DNA of 63,924 bases, filler included, from Lenisia limosa (lineage: Eukaryota; Protista; Breviatea), in the NCBI GenBank assembly GCA_001655205.1. It is 18 parts of 18 records of this genome, joined end to end, with 100 filler letters (N's around TTAATTAATTAA, not from the genome) between each part and the next. Parts side by side here need not be neighbours in the genome. Positions count along the whole stretch, not along the records: positions 34,281 to 36,290 come from LPNZ01002158.1; positions 36,391 to 44,729 come from LPNZ01008379.1; positions 44,830 to 47,895 come from LPNZ01010165.1; positions 47,996 to 50,515 come from LPNZ01005274.1; 14 more parts are not named here. One strand, given 5' to 3'. Below the pieces are notes generated by a model that saw only the letters and a list, made by a program, of their open reading frames with translations, was not told where the DNA came from and made no database searches. The first letter of the stretch is position 1. Each line of letters opens with the position of its first letter. A program made the position numbers and the translations under genes. Shown piece by piece: positions 34,281-48,040 of the stretch.

Positions 34281-35689
34281 CCCCGCGTCCCATCATTTGC
34301 CCAGAGACTTACTGCTAAAACGGTCGAAGGTACGACTTTTTGACTTTACGGCAAAGCATGGTCTATTGGTATAATAAGTGACGGCAAAAAATATTTATTT
34401 CTCATTGCTATATCGATATATATATATATATCATATAATAAGTGTATAGCCCCTGAAGATAAATAGACTTTATTTTCAGTACATTTCCCTCTCCCCAAGA
34501 AGCGACTGGCATGGGCTTTGTTTGTCTTGTCATTTTCAATGCTAGCCAACAGAGTTGATTATAAGCTTTTATTTCATAAATTGTTCATATTAGTGATTAG
34601 TGCAATACGCCATCTCCATTGAGATTTCCAACATTCCCCCCCCCAGGCATCCCCCTTTGGATCGCAGTTGGCATTGCCCCTCTTTGGACCTTTTTCAAGT
34701 AGGTTTAGAAAGATATTTATTGGGAATGGCGATACATCGTTGTCTCATTTTACCTTATGGTTTCTTTTGCCTGAAAAGCTCTTTTATTTTCAAATCTGAC
34801 ACTTTTTTGGAAGTCTGTTGTTGGGTTCAGTTCAATTCAGCAGATAATTGATTTAGGCCTGGAACCGAAATTCTATACTTCTACCTCCTCTTATGGCGGC
34901 TGTTCTTCGTTTCAATTCGAGTGGGCGTTGTGGTGATCAAACCATAGCCAAGATTACTTCACCACATTCTTTCGATACACACCCACCTCTATTTTCTTCG
35001 CGAAACAAATTGCCTTTTTATTTTTTTCACCTTTTTCTCTCTTCTCACCACCCAGGTACTCTTCACCGGAGATTCCTTCCTGAGAGGTGCATTCGCTCTC
35101 ATCACCCTGGGAGTTCTTATTGTGGTAAAGGTAGGATCAGAAGAGGGGTACGACAATTTATTAATTTCATTATTTTACCCTATTAGGTGAATGCCTAGTC
35201 TCATTGTCTTACTATATTAGGCAAGTGTCAAGCCGCTTGTGACGGCGGGCGACAATGCACGTGACCTAATTGGCCATGTGTCCGTCTTCATGATGCTCTA
35301 TACTGGCGGGCTTCTGATGCATAGTGACAAGCTGACCAACTCAGAAGTGGGGCGGGGAAAAAAAACTAATATTTTATGCTTTTTGGTGAAGCTACCTGTA
35401 TATATATGTATTGATATTCATGTCTATTTGGGCTGTTTTATCGAAATTTGCCAACGCTCCAGGATACGTTCATCATGTGGCTCTACTGGCTTGCCATTCT
35501 CTTGGTGGTGTTTGTTATGGTGTCTGGTGGCTTGACTCTCTTGAAGCAAATGTTCGGCAAACGCAGGTCCGTAGCTGCTCTGAGAAGGTAGGCTTAGAGG
35601 TAATATGGGTCGTTTTAAGTGGTCCAGTTTTCTGCTTTTGACATTTCAGTGGGCCTGAGCTTCACGTGACCGAGGTTGATGACTCGTGA
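34281..35689 (+). CDS. Multi-pass membrane protein, C-terminal fragment
   Basis: Successive hydrophobic exons (GAFALITLGVLIV; IGHVSVFMMLYTGGLL; FIMWLYWLAILLVVFVMVSGGL) ending GPELHVTEVDDS-stop at 35689. Confidence 0.55.
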
Positions 35690-36084
35690 AGGTTGTGGTG
35701 ACGCCTTTTTTCTTTCTTTCTTGAGTATTGTGATTTATGCAGTGGAGTAGTAGGTATTGTTTTTGACAAATGTATTCGTTTTTTCATTCTAATCGCCATC
35801 GATGATTGGAGATCTCCTTCCCAACCAATTCAAACAATTTGCATTTTCGGGTGGATGGGGGTCAAAGTCAGGAAAATGATACTACCTCTTAAATGTGATG
35901 GTGGACGGCTTCGGCCAGATACTACCTTGATTTTTTATTTCTCAGTATATCATTCTAATCCCCCTTTTCCGTTTTGAAAGAATCTTGAAAATTTAAGCTC
36001 GACATATATTTCTGTTCCCAAGAAAATTACGAAAAAACAAAAGTGACCTGTTACATTAACCATATGACCATGAGACCTGACAAA

Positions 36085-36290
36085 ACTACATAATGGGAAC
36101 CCTCCTTTGCTGATACCTTCTTTTTCGCGGATTTTTCTCGGACCTGAGGAATGAGAAAAGAGACATAATGTTTAGAGAGCTCGTGACCTATCCAGTAGAT
36201 ATCAAAAAAACTTCACGGCTATGAGTGACTGAAGAAAGAGCACTGCGGGAATGCTGAGATTAGGGGGAGGCAAGGTAGCTAATCCAGTTT
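36085..36290 (-). CDS. Gene fragment convergent with the previous gene
   Basis: Exons IPAVLFLQSLIAVKFFDIYWI and VREKSAKKKVSAKEVPI with GT-AG ends. Confidence 0.3.
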
Positions 36291-36479
36291 NNNNNNNNNN
36301 NNNNNNNNNNNNNNNNNNNNNNNNNNNNNNNNNNTTAATTAATTAANNNNNNNNNNNNNNNNNNNNNNNNNNNNNNNNNNNNNNNNNNNNAGCTCCCACC
36401 CCCTCCTCCCAGCACTCCCCAGGAACTTTCCCTCAGAGCTCCCACCCCCCACTCCCCCTTTCCATCCTATCCCTCACCT

Positions 36480-39400
36480 CTACGTGAGAAGGTCTGCCAC
36501 TGTCACGAACGCAGATATCGCCAGGTACTAACGTGGGTCTCATGCGGCTCCTGGGGAGGGGTGAGTGAACTTGGAAAAGTTATGAAACAAACAAAAAAAT
36601 AAACCCAAAATCAACTCTGATGGCTTGCAACTGTAAAAAACAAAACAAAGCCCAGGCCAGTCNNNNNNNNNNNNNNNNNNNNNNNNNNNNNNNNNNNNNN
36701 NNNNNNNNNNNNNNNNNNNNNNNNNNNNNNNNNNNNNGGAGAATTTAATATTAGTAAAAAAATACAGTCGAAAATTTCAAGGAGTTAAATGGTAAGTATA
36801 AGGAGAGGACATTCTCAAAATGTGGTTAAGATGAACATTTGAATTCCTCCCTGGCACCTTCTTCTTGAGGGGCCTTCCCTGGGGTCAAGGCGGAAGTGGA
36901 TCTTGTCGTGCACCTATATGTGTCAACAGCGTAACTGGCGGAAATGTCAAATTAAAGGTTGCAAATAGGTTTTGATTTAGTAAGGGAAACATCACGATGA
37001 TTTTTATAAAATAGATTTGTAAACAACTTCGAACTCACAACCACACCCCTTTCTAATTAATATACACCATCATATATTATATGCACAAAGTGAATATTAA
37101 TTCAAACAGAGAACCGAAAAATGACAGAAGCACAACATTGCCTACAGCTAAAGAGGGGCAACTTGGGTCGGGGCTCCATAGGCCTGACACATCCGACATG
37201 GCTGACATGAGAAGGTGCCATGATGTCGCGAGCTTCTTGTCGTTATTCACCATCTGCAGAGGTAAAATGCTTGGGTGAGAGTTCAAATTAATGTAAAAAG
37301 CCAAAAAGTACTGGGTAGAAAAAGGAAGAAATTGCCAATTCTGGTGAAGAGTGAAGTAGTGTGTACATGTGATTTAAAGCGATCATCCCAAGATTTCAGA
37401 GGAACACAGCCCTTCACGTCTCTTGTTAAAAGCAGGAGGGGAGTTGAGTGGCGACTGCATAGGGCCACAAATGACTGAGCCACCTCGTCAGTACCTACCG
37501 GAATGAACAATGTACATGTATGTACTGGATTATGAAACAGGTAAGATCGATCAATACAACATATTTGAGGTTTGACCATGCAAAAAGGGGGGGGGGGCTG
37601 AGAACAAAATGGATAGGGGAAAACAAAATATCATCAAACGTCAACAATTATATATAGACACAAAAAGAGAACAGAATAACACGAGGTAGGGAGGTGTATC
37701 CATCACCCACTTGCGAGCTGTTGGTTATGAAGTACTCGTGCCTGACTCGCTAAAGCCGTTGTGTGCAGTTGGTGGAGTTTGGTGAACCTAAAAGTGTAAC
37801 AATTACTTCATTTACTTCAGGATTTTTNNNNNNNNNNNNNNNNNNNNNNNNNNNNNNNNNNNNNNNNNNNNNNNNNNNNNNNNNNNNNNNNNNNNNNNNN
37901 NNNNNNNNNNNNNNNNNNNNNNNNNNNNNNNNNNNNNNNNNNNNNNNNNNNNNNNNNNNNNNNNNNNNNNCGGCCGGCCATTTTGGTGTCTGCTTGGGTC
38001 ACGTCGTTCTGCAAGTTGTGCATGGCAACAAAGCGGCGAACCTGTAGCGTGATTGAGGCGATCAATGCGAAGACATCGGTATCTAATAGTCCGTTATGTG
38101 TACAGTTACCGGGATAAGTCTTTCCAATTTTCCTTTGGAAATCACATAAGCCTTATCCCGGTCACGGTGTATTTAGTTTCATTGACACTGTGTTTTTTTA
38201 AATCTTTTTTATGGTGGATGTATCATCTCATACCTCCTGAATGCTGTAGTGGCCTGACCGTGTAGGTGGCGACGAGCTTGAAAAATGATTTCAATATAAA
38301 AACATAGAGCTTCATTCAATTATTAAAATTAAACCATATCCACCCAAAGTAAGAACGAAAGGTAAGTAACTTCAACATAAAAAAAAAAAAAACGCGTTAT
38401 TGAGAGGAAAGTACGAGAGAGAAAAAACCAAACAAAAAGCACAGAAAAAATGAACAGAATAATCAACACAGAAATCAAACACCAAGCTCACTAGGTGTCC
38501 ATTGGTCCGGTCATGAGAGAGAAGGAGTGGGTGGCAAATGAGTTGTCAACCTAAAACCCCGTAAAACATTGTTCAAAGTGATGTTTTATGAACAAGGTAA
38601 ATGCCAAATTCAAGTGAAAAGGGACAACTGAACATGATTAAGCCCAAAATAATAATAAACCAAAAACTAGCGATTATTCAGCACTCCAGATAAGACAAAC
38701 CTGTGCCACACGGAGGTAGTGATGAAGTGGACAGGCTGTACCTGAAGCGGTGTCATAAAATAGATCTTATTTTTTGTTTTTATAATCAATAATTTGTAGT
38801 ATGACATACATACTACAAATATAATTATAATAGAAGAACGAACAAAACCATCAATATGACAGCATACCGAGTGTTTTACCATGTGCGGATTCTGAAAATC
38901 TCCGGCCAAATCTAAGGATCCATCTAAAGAGTCATATAGAATGAATAATAAAAAAGAACATAAGTAATGGGGGAAAGTAAATGCGCAAACCTCCAAATAT
39001 CAACAGCTGAGGACACAGCATCGGGGTGTCCCATGTAGAGCATTTGCTGTGTGTGGTAGAGGATTGAACCGAGGAGCTGGGGGAGTGAGAGTTAGGAATA
39101 TTGTCCAGCAGTTATGCGAAATGAGGTTATAGATTACAAAGAACAAAGCAATTGTCAAAGTGATTGAGCCCACAATAGGATCTTCAGTAAAGTGCGACAG
39201 AAGACTCGGGTCTTGGGCTAACCAATGTGCTGCTGATATTGCGTAGGCAGGCTGGTGGGGATCCTGAACGGGTTTAAACACAATATCAGAAAAAATATCT
39301 ATCACTAATCTAGTTACGTTTATAAATGATATAATATTTAGTTATTCATAATTTGCAATTGTCATCTCAATGCAGATGTGCCCTCGATTCAGTGCGACCA

Positions 39401-42400
39401 GATGCGCAAATAATTCAATATTATTGATATTATCGATCTCAAATATGCGTTTGGGGAAGGGGGTACCCCGAAGTGAGGCGCATCAACATGGTAATTTGTT
39501 CTTATGGTGTCACATGCATGTTTCCCAATATTATATTCTACATATCATTTATTTGCCAAAAACAATTCTCAAAAATACATACCTGTCCGAGAGGTGTGGG
39601 GTCAAGAAGAAGGATGAGAAGGCTGCTGAAAGTGTCTGTCAGCCACTTGTGCTGTGTCAACTTCCTGAAGTCCTGATCGTGGGGGTGGCTGGGTAGTTTA
39701 GTGGGGGTAATGCGGGTGTCTGGAAACATAATCTAACAAACTGTGGGAAGTAATCATTTTTGCAAAAGTGTCACACCAGTTTCCCATTCCCACAGCAAAC
39801 ACCCCATAATCCCATCCTAATAAATCTTTTGTTGCATTATATTTTATCTATGTTTATTTAGTTAGAGAGATAAATTATATTGAGCTTGCATTGTCAAAAA
39901 GGTTCACACAGCAAACGCATCACAATCCCATTCCCACAACAAACACCTCGCAATCCCATTCCCACAGCAGTAGTTCAGCCACGGACTCCCAAAGCGCCTT
40001 GACAAGGTTTTCCTCGGTAGCGTTACCCCACATTTGTCGGTCTAGCGCCTGGGTGGTAAGTGTTCAACAAGAAAAGTCAACGGGATTCTGCATATATGTA
40101 CTATGTAGTAGATTGCACAAACTATATAAATACAAAGTACTGAAATAACGATTATATGGGTGGAGTGTAAACGGGAAACTATAATAAAAGACAAAACAGT
40201 CTCAATTATGATAATAATTTGCGACTGTGAAGTAATCACATTAGTTATTTATGAAGCAGAAGCAAATTACAAAACAAAACATAAAAAAAAAAAAAAATCA
40301 GAATAATAAACAAATACACAAAAAAATAACAAAAACAGGGCTCACGGTGGGTCGAACTGAGTGGTTTCTTAGATGCCAAACGCGAAGCTGGTGAATAGCC
40401 AGTTCCACAAAAGTCCTGTCACATCAGATGACGAAACAAAGTGAGGGCTATTGATTTATGTGGGTATTGTTTTTTAATGTAGTATATTTCGTTTTTGGAC
40501 AATCGTGGGTTGAGGCAGAGCTTCACAAACAACTTTTTTTTTGACAGTTCAAAAAAAAAACAATGAATGTAAAAAAACAAGGGTGGCTGTGTTTACGATT
40601 GGTCTACAAAGGTATACATTTTGTTTTTGTCTAAGGTTAATGTGTTACTTTGTATTGATAGGAGATACTACAAATACAGCCTACAGAAGAACGAGCTGGT
40701 CAGTAGAGCAGTGTTTGAAGTAGCGTAAGGAATGGAACAAAAGCTGCCTTTTCAGTACTTCAGAAGCCTACAATGCGTGACACTAGACAAGAAAAGATAT
40801 CACGACGATACTCCATGTACAAGTAGTGTATGATATAGGTTGTATCTGGCCGAAGTCGCCCATAATGGGGAATAGAACTTGACAATATTTGATTAAACAT
40901 CATAGAGGGAAGATACTTACACCCCTCCCTCATACCTCAGGAGATGGTGATGTATGCTCAATTTCAGCAAATACATTGGTCACTAAACGGTTTGAACTAA
41001 TTAAATACAGCAATAGGAACAGTAAGCTAACAAGCACTATGGGAATAGGAAGAGGAATTGGAAGCTAAAAAAGTAACATAGCAGCAAATGTCAAGAGCAA
41101 TCCAATCCATGCCCACCCGTTTCCGTAACCGCTTTACTTGACGCAGCCTCAGACAAGATGGCTTCTAGAAGATGATAGGCATTTCCAACAAGAAACAATC
41201 TGCTCAAAGATTACTCCCATTTCCCATACATTAAGCAACGAAGAATGCCGTTGCACTTCCCACTCCCTCTATACCCCCCCACCTAGAAGGAGGGCAAACA
41301 CAAGGTCGCCTTCGTGTGCCAAGTCCACAGGATAGCCAAGTACCTGAAATAATAATATTAATCCAATATCTCCTATATGTGATGGTGTGAGGGGTTTCTG
41401 CGAGATATAACCAACAGAAACCGGAATAAGTCTTGACTGATTCGCAATATGATTTCTCAAGGAAAATAAGTCAAGGTTAATCTCTGTCACTGTATATATT
41501 AATTTCTCCCTCTATTAATGTCTGGATAAATAAACCCCAAAGCAAGGTGAACCCACGTTTTGGACACGGGACGCCCTGTTGCTCAGCGGGCTCTGGAACG
41601 TCAGAAAACCAAATACAACGGTACAGGGAAAATTACTACACTATCTCAGAGTATGCAGAAAAAGCCAATTGGAGAATCAATACAATATCATAGAGGGTAT
41701 GGGAACTCCTGAGAGACTGGGTCATACTATTAATACTACTCGTAATGTATCTCAACATAATATTAACACTGCTCATAATGACCAGCTCACTGCAGCAGTG
41801 TGGGGTTCATCACTCAGTTGTCCATCTTTATCTCGGGACTAAATCCGGTTAAACATAAAACAGCTATATGTCTTATGCTTTATGAATCCATATATATAAT
41901 GGTTGAACCCGTCAATACGGAGGTTCGTAACCCTTGATATCAAGGAATTTTCAATAATACAAAGCAAACATCACTTTAATGATGGTGTACCTCCCCCACT
42001 TGAGGTCTTGGTATTTCATCGAAACTGCCGGAGCTTGAGGTTCTGTGATGCCCCCTTTCGTGGTCGGCATGTATCTGGGCGTGTCCTTTGCTCAAGTAAA
42101 AAGGGTTTTGGGTCTTGGTGGAGGGAAGCAAATGGGGAAAAGGATATATAGCAATGGGAAAAATAAGGTTGTATTTGCCTCAATATATTGCAATGCGAAA
42201 TAAAAAAATAAGGTTGTATTATCTGCCTCAATGTATAGCAATGAGAAATGAAAAACAAGGTTGCACCCGGCCTCAATATATTATAGCAATGAGAAATGAA
42301 AAATAACATTGTATCTGGCCTCAATATAGAGCAATGAGAAATGAAAAATAAAGCTGTATCTGGCTGAAGCCATCGGAAGGAGGGGATAAACAATGGTAAT

Positions 42401-44729
42401 TATCCACAAATCCAACTGCTTAGCCATGTTATAACATAATAAAAAGAAAAAAAAAACGTGATTAATAGTAGCAGACCTTGGACGGGGTGAAGGGCTCTAT
42501 CGGACCCCGAGTTGGTCAAACTATGTTGACTGGTACTATTACCAAATTGCAGGGAGTAGCCTAAAGTGTTAAAGTGGAGGCAGTGCAATAANNNNNNNNN
42601 NNNNNNNNNNNNNNNNNNNNNNNNNNNNNNNNNNNNNNNNNNNNNNNNNNNNNNNNNNNNNNNNNNNNNNNNNNNNNNNNNNNNNNNNNNNNNNNNNNNN
42701 NNNNNNNNNNNNNNNNNNNNNNNNNNGCTTGGGCGCGGAGGCATGATAATTTGTTTATGGTATCCCTATGTATTTATTTGTTTCAATGTATATTATTTCT
42801 CTTGTTCAAAAATAAAGGGGGGTTTAGATTAGTGGATGCAGGTGATATTGACTTGGACACTTCCAGAAGGGTCAAATTAAATGTGGAGCATGCCAACTGA
42901 TAATAATTGGGCTTGTCTAACCCACACTTACTTTTCTTCGGTTCCGGGCAGTTTTGAGCTACTAGAAGAGCCTGTGCTCCAAGCATATCGTTAGCCAAGA
43001 GACGGACAAACAGTGGCGAGATCTACACCGTCATTACGGGGCATAATGTATGGTCTTTCTTTGAGAAAAGAGTGATATCATATGTTGATAGAAAATGAAA
43101 ACAATTGAGAAAATTATATGGATTAATGCGAAAACTCTAATCCAAATAGCCGAAAAACACACATCACCCACCACATTCGGCTGGATAACTGACCCGCTGC
43201 TATTGCTCTTCTTATGAGTCGCTAAGGGGTTGAAAAGAAGCGACAAGAGACTGAGACAGTCGGAGCGCAACTGAAGAAGTTCGCGGTGGAGGTGTGGGGG
43301 AATAGAGGCGTTATTGTCACCACTTGCAATGGAGCGCGGCTTAGGCGGCTTGCTTGATGGGCTGCCACTATATGGTGAGGGACAGTATGGAAAGAAAATC
43401 AAAATGCAAAATGATGGTTTTAAGGTTTTCAAAACAAGAGTAGATTATTCTAAACATGAAGTTTGATTGTCATTTTAGTTAAGATACCTACAATTACTCA
43501 TAAAGGGCTCTCCTGAAATACTTAGCCAAAAAAAATCAACATATGATGATTGGTCACACTACACAGTACTACCAGTATAGCCCCCTAACCTTGACAGCGA
43601 AGATGCAATCGGCCGAGTAGCCTCAAAAATCATGCCACTGATAACCGAAGGTGATGACGTGGCAAAGGGAATGTTCACCCGCATCCCGGGCCGGACCAAT
43701 ACCGTGCACTTCTTCAGTAGCGAGAAAATCACCGACAGGAACGAGGTGAAACACGTGACCTTGCCCTGACTAGCAAGGGTTTCTAAGAGAGTTCGGATTT
43801 CGATGAGCGTGTACCCGCGGTAATGGGGGAGAGCATAGGACCAGAGTGGCGGAGCCAGGGGGGGCTTCGGGGTACCCGCNNNNNNNNNNNNNNNNNNNNN
43901 NNNNNNNNNNNNNNNNNNNNNNNNNNNNNNNNNNNNNNNNNCCGTCCCGGGGGTTTGAGGGGAAACCTGGGGTGGTTTGACACCGTGGACGACACCGACA
44001 TTGTTCGACTTTCGCGGCCGTGTGGAGGCAGCGGGGAGGAGCTGGAGAGGCCCCGGGTTCGATTCGGGGTACCTGAGAGAGTGAATCAAGATATCCATGA
44101 CAATTATTTGAAAAATTTGAAGTAAGACATAGTGTAACATCAACTTAATTTCAAATATTTGAATTTCAAATTTTGCCAATTAATTTCTTCAATAGCATGG
44201 AGTCTTAATAATATCCAAAATTATCTACATTGCAAAATATAGTCAAGGGTGTTTTGAAAATGTCCAAAAGAGCATGAAAATTGTGAAAAAACTTGTAAAA
44301 AGTTCTACAACATGGTAGGTAACTTAACATATTAAATGAGTGCCACGAAAACTGCTCACCTGGAGGAGTGGCAGTTGTTGATGATCTTCGAAGCCTTGAA
44401 ACTACAATATTAGGAAAAACCTGCAATTACTTCATATAATATAGTATCATTAATAAAAACATAACTAGGGAGCAAATTGCTACATAAGGAGGAAAACACT
44501 ACATAAGGATAGAATAAAACAAACAAATTACTATCTTCCGCTCCTTGGTACTCCCCACCTCCTCTAAAAAAGCACTGTAGCATTTTTAATTTATAAAATA
44601 ACGCCTAATACCCCCCTCCAACCTGATGCTCTTAGAGAGCCCTGAGGCTTAGCGGGGCTGACAAACGGGGAAAATTCGGGATTTAAGACACACTGTTCGC
44701 ATGGCAAGTCCCAGTCAAGCGAAGGGAGA
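36480..44729 (-). CDS. Large uncharacterised gene (about 20 or more exons), partial
   Basis: Continuous chain of GT-AG-bounded coding-like exons, e.g. LWSYALPHYRGYTLIEIRTLLETL, HRELLQLRSDCLSLLSLLF, ALDRQMWGNATEENLVKALWESVAELLLWEWDCE and HPHDQDFRKLTQHKWLTDTF. Confidence 0.55.
42140..42375 (-). repeat. Tandem array (about 5 x 47-50 bp) of a family B internal segment
   Basis: Unit CAATATA(T)AGCAATGAGAAATGAAAAA(T/C)AAGGTTGTATCTGGCCT repeated head-to-tail. Confidence 0.8.
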
Positions 44730-44960
44730 NNNNNNNNNNNNNNNNNNNNNNNNNNNNNNNNNNNNNNNNNNNNTTAATTAATTAANNNNNNNNNNNNNNN
44801 NNNNNNNNNNNNNNNNNNNNNNNNNNNNNGGCAAATTACCAATGATGGGATGTGGTGCTCCAGAAGGGACTGGCCTGGGCTTTGTTTATTCTTGTATTAA
44901 CAGAGTTGATTCTGGGCTTTGTTTTATTTCATAAATTTTCAGTATTACTCCCCCGTCCCC

Positions 44961-47895
44961 TATCAAGATTAACAACATCTTACCATCCAGAGCGACTTAA
45001 GCAGCTTGCCATATGCCAGCGCGAGTTTAGCGACACACAGGGCCTAGCTGCTACGCTTCTGGAGCTGCTGTCCATGTCTACGGACTGTGATGTCGCCGTG
45101 GGGGGGGGGCAAATCACATATAACTCCTACACTCAGTACACACACAACTTAAATTATAGATCATATTTACATATCGATATAACATTGCATCTACATATAC
45201 CCGATATTCATCCAAACAGGATGACTTGAGTCAGCAGTTCTCGGAACTATCGCATACTGTGAGTTTTGGGGGAAAATTTGGGTGGTTTGAAAAGGCTCTA
45301 CATTAGATCTGCATTTTTCATTATTATTTTCAGCATAATATACTCTTACTATTTTAGAGTTGATTTTATTTTTTCCGACTTTTGTTAATATTTTGATTGA
45401 AATAGGGTTTTGGATTAGATGTTTCTATTATGGGTTGTGCTTCACTCCAGTGCCGAAAAGACCGGCTAAATATCGATAGTTTTCGAGAATCTGTCGAGAA
45501 ATTCAGTCTTTTTGCAGAAAATAGTGAAGCCCCTACCTGATCTGATGAAATTGCTAGCTGAAGCCCTCACTCCCCAGGAAAAAACATTCCTTCCCCTCTC
45601 CCGCCTCTCTTCCCCCCTCGTCACCGCCTATACAGGGTTTTCGGTTGGCGGTGTGTCAGTTGCTATTCTTGAATATTAGCTACAAATGCAACGGAGGAAC
45701 AGAAAGCTGTGTTCACAGAATTACTCTGATACTATAATTCAATATCTCTGAGACGTGAATGGCTCGGCCTGATACAACCTTGTTTTTATTTCTCATTTCT
45801 ATAGATGTGAATGGTTTTTCTTATACATTTTGTCATTGTTATGTATTATTGTGAAAATAACATTATTATTGTGATTGATTATTATTACCCATTTCTGTTA
45901 CTCCAATTATGTTGTTTTTTTTTTATTATTATTATTTATCTTTTTTTTGTTTTTTAAATTTTCCTTTTTACTCCCCCAGAAACCCTCAATTGTCCTTAAC
46001 AGTACCGTTGAACTCTCCGCCGTGTTGGCTGCAGACTTTCCTCGTAATTCNNNNNNNNNNNNNNNNNNNNNNNNNNNNCCCTCCCCCTTTCAAGCCTCAC
46101 CCTACACTTTTCTACAAATTTGGTGAGAGGGGGGGGGGGTGAACAGATATATTTTGGATCAGATGCAGCTGTATGGCCAAATATTTGTCTATTGACCAGT
46201 ATAAGTTGACCGATTTGCTTTGTGATTTCCCCGAGGAAAATAGGTCAAGTCTTATCCCGGTCAATATATATTTTATGTAGATAGATATGTACATGTCATC
46301 GTCCTCANNNNNNNNNNNNNNNNNNNNNNNNNNNNNNNNNNNNNNNNNNNNNNNNNNNNNNNNNNNNNNNNNNNNNNNNNNNNNNNNNNNNNNNNNNNNN
46401 NNNNNNNNNNNNNNNNNNNNNNNNNNNNNNNNNNNNNNNNNNNNNNNNNNNNNNNNNNNNNNNNNNNNNNNNNNNNNNCAGGTATGTTCCCTTCCCCCAG
46501 TCTTTCCCCCAAGCTTCCTCACCCTATCCTTCTCTTCTCTCTCTCTCTCCATTTGTACCTTCCCACATCCCATCTCTCTATCTCCTCCTCCAGCTCTGTG
46601 TATGGATAATATGTAATATTGTATGCTGGGGAGGCACGCAGAAAGCTGTGTGCACAGAGTTGTAAGGCAAACAATTGTGTGAATCAATAGTATACTATAA
46701 TTCAATATCCGTTATAAGTGTGATGGTGTGGAAGGCTTCGGCCAGATCTCCTCAAGACTTACCTCTCCCTCGACACCTTAATATAAATTATCAAATGCCT
46801 ATCACCCCTGCAGCCCCCTTCAGCCTACCCCCCAACAACGAGCCGATTTTCGTCAATCTTAACGTCCAGCCCCATGGTATGGATAGGCTTGTTACAGAAA
46901 AGATGCAACAGAGTTGATTTTGGGCTTTTTTTTTTNNNNNNNNNNNNNNNNNNNNNNNNNNNNNNNNNNNNNNNNNNNNNNNNNNNNNNNNNNNNNNNNN
47001 NNNNNNNNNNNNNNNNNNNNNNNNNNNNNNNNNNNNNNNNNNNNNNNNNNNNNNNNNNNNNNNNNNNNNNNNNNNNNNNNNNNNNNNNNNNNNNNNNNNN
47101 NNNNNNNNNNNNNNNNNNNNNNNNNNNNNNNNNNNNNNNNNNNNNNNNNNNNNNNNNNNNNNNNNNNNNNNNNNNNNNNNNNNNNNNNNNNNNNNNNNNN
47201 NNNNNNNNNNNNNNNNNNNNNNNNNNNNNNNNNNNNNNNNNNNNNTACCCCCTGCAGATGACAGAAAAACCGCAGCACAGCCCCCTCCACACACTCCTCC
47301 TCATTCAGCCTCCCTCTTCCGATGTCGAGGCCCTGATTAGCCACAATCCGCCCGCACTACTCCATGAGCTTTATCCGCTTTCCGTGGGGAGGGGTATTGT
47401 CCACTTTACCCTTTTATTGTGCATCGAAATTTTCTTCGTTTTATTGTTTCCATCCCACTCCATATATCAATCATCCAATTATTCCTTTTTCCCCTCAGCT
47501 GCAAATTTCGTCCAAGTCCGAAACAGTCGAGAACTGCCGCGTGGAGCTCAGCGGCGTAGGGGGCGCGGTGAATGTGTGTGTGTGTGGGGTAAGGGTCATT
47601 ATGAGGATCATAACTGTTCTTTGTTACACTAAATCATAGACGTTTCGGTTACGTTTCATTTTGTCCTTCGACCGGGTCTGGTTTTAGAACTATAACCTGT
47701 TTTAAATATAGAAAAACAAATAAATGCATAGCAATACCAGAAATTGATTTTCATACCATCATCAATCAATAATCAAGGAATTTATCAGATGTAAATGCGG
47801 TTTCCCCATTAATTTACTAGGAAAATCTCTCGTTTGATGCAACACAAGATGTCAGAGTGGCTGACACCGACTTGAAGGACGGTAGGCTGGGACAA
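44961..47895 (+). CDS. TRAPPC11: TRAPP complex subunit 11 (Gryzun/foie gras)-like fragment
   Basis: LLIQPPSSDVEALISHNPPALLHELYPLS|LQISSKSETVENCRVEL resembles TRAPPC11 [24 protein letters not shown]; the upstream exon KPSIVLNSTVELSAVLAADFP resembles the FHVDVPVQFDIYLKADCP segment. Confidence 0.6.
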
Positions 47896-48040
47896 NNNNN
47901 NNNNNNNNNNNNNNNNNNNNNNNNNNNNNNNNNNNNNNNTTAATTAATTAANNNNNNNNNNNNNNNNNNNNNNNNNNNNNNNNNNNNNNNNNNNNATAAA
48001 TAGCAGGTTTACTTTTAATTGTTAATCCATCACCCCACAG

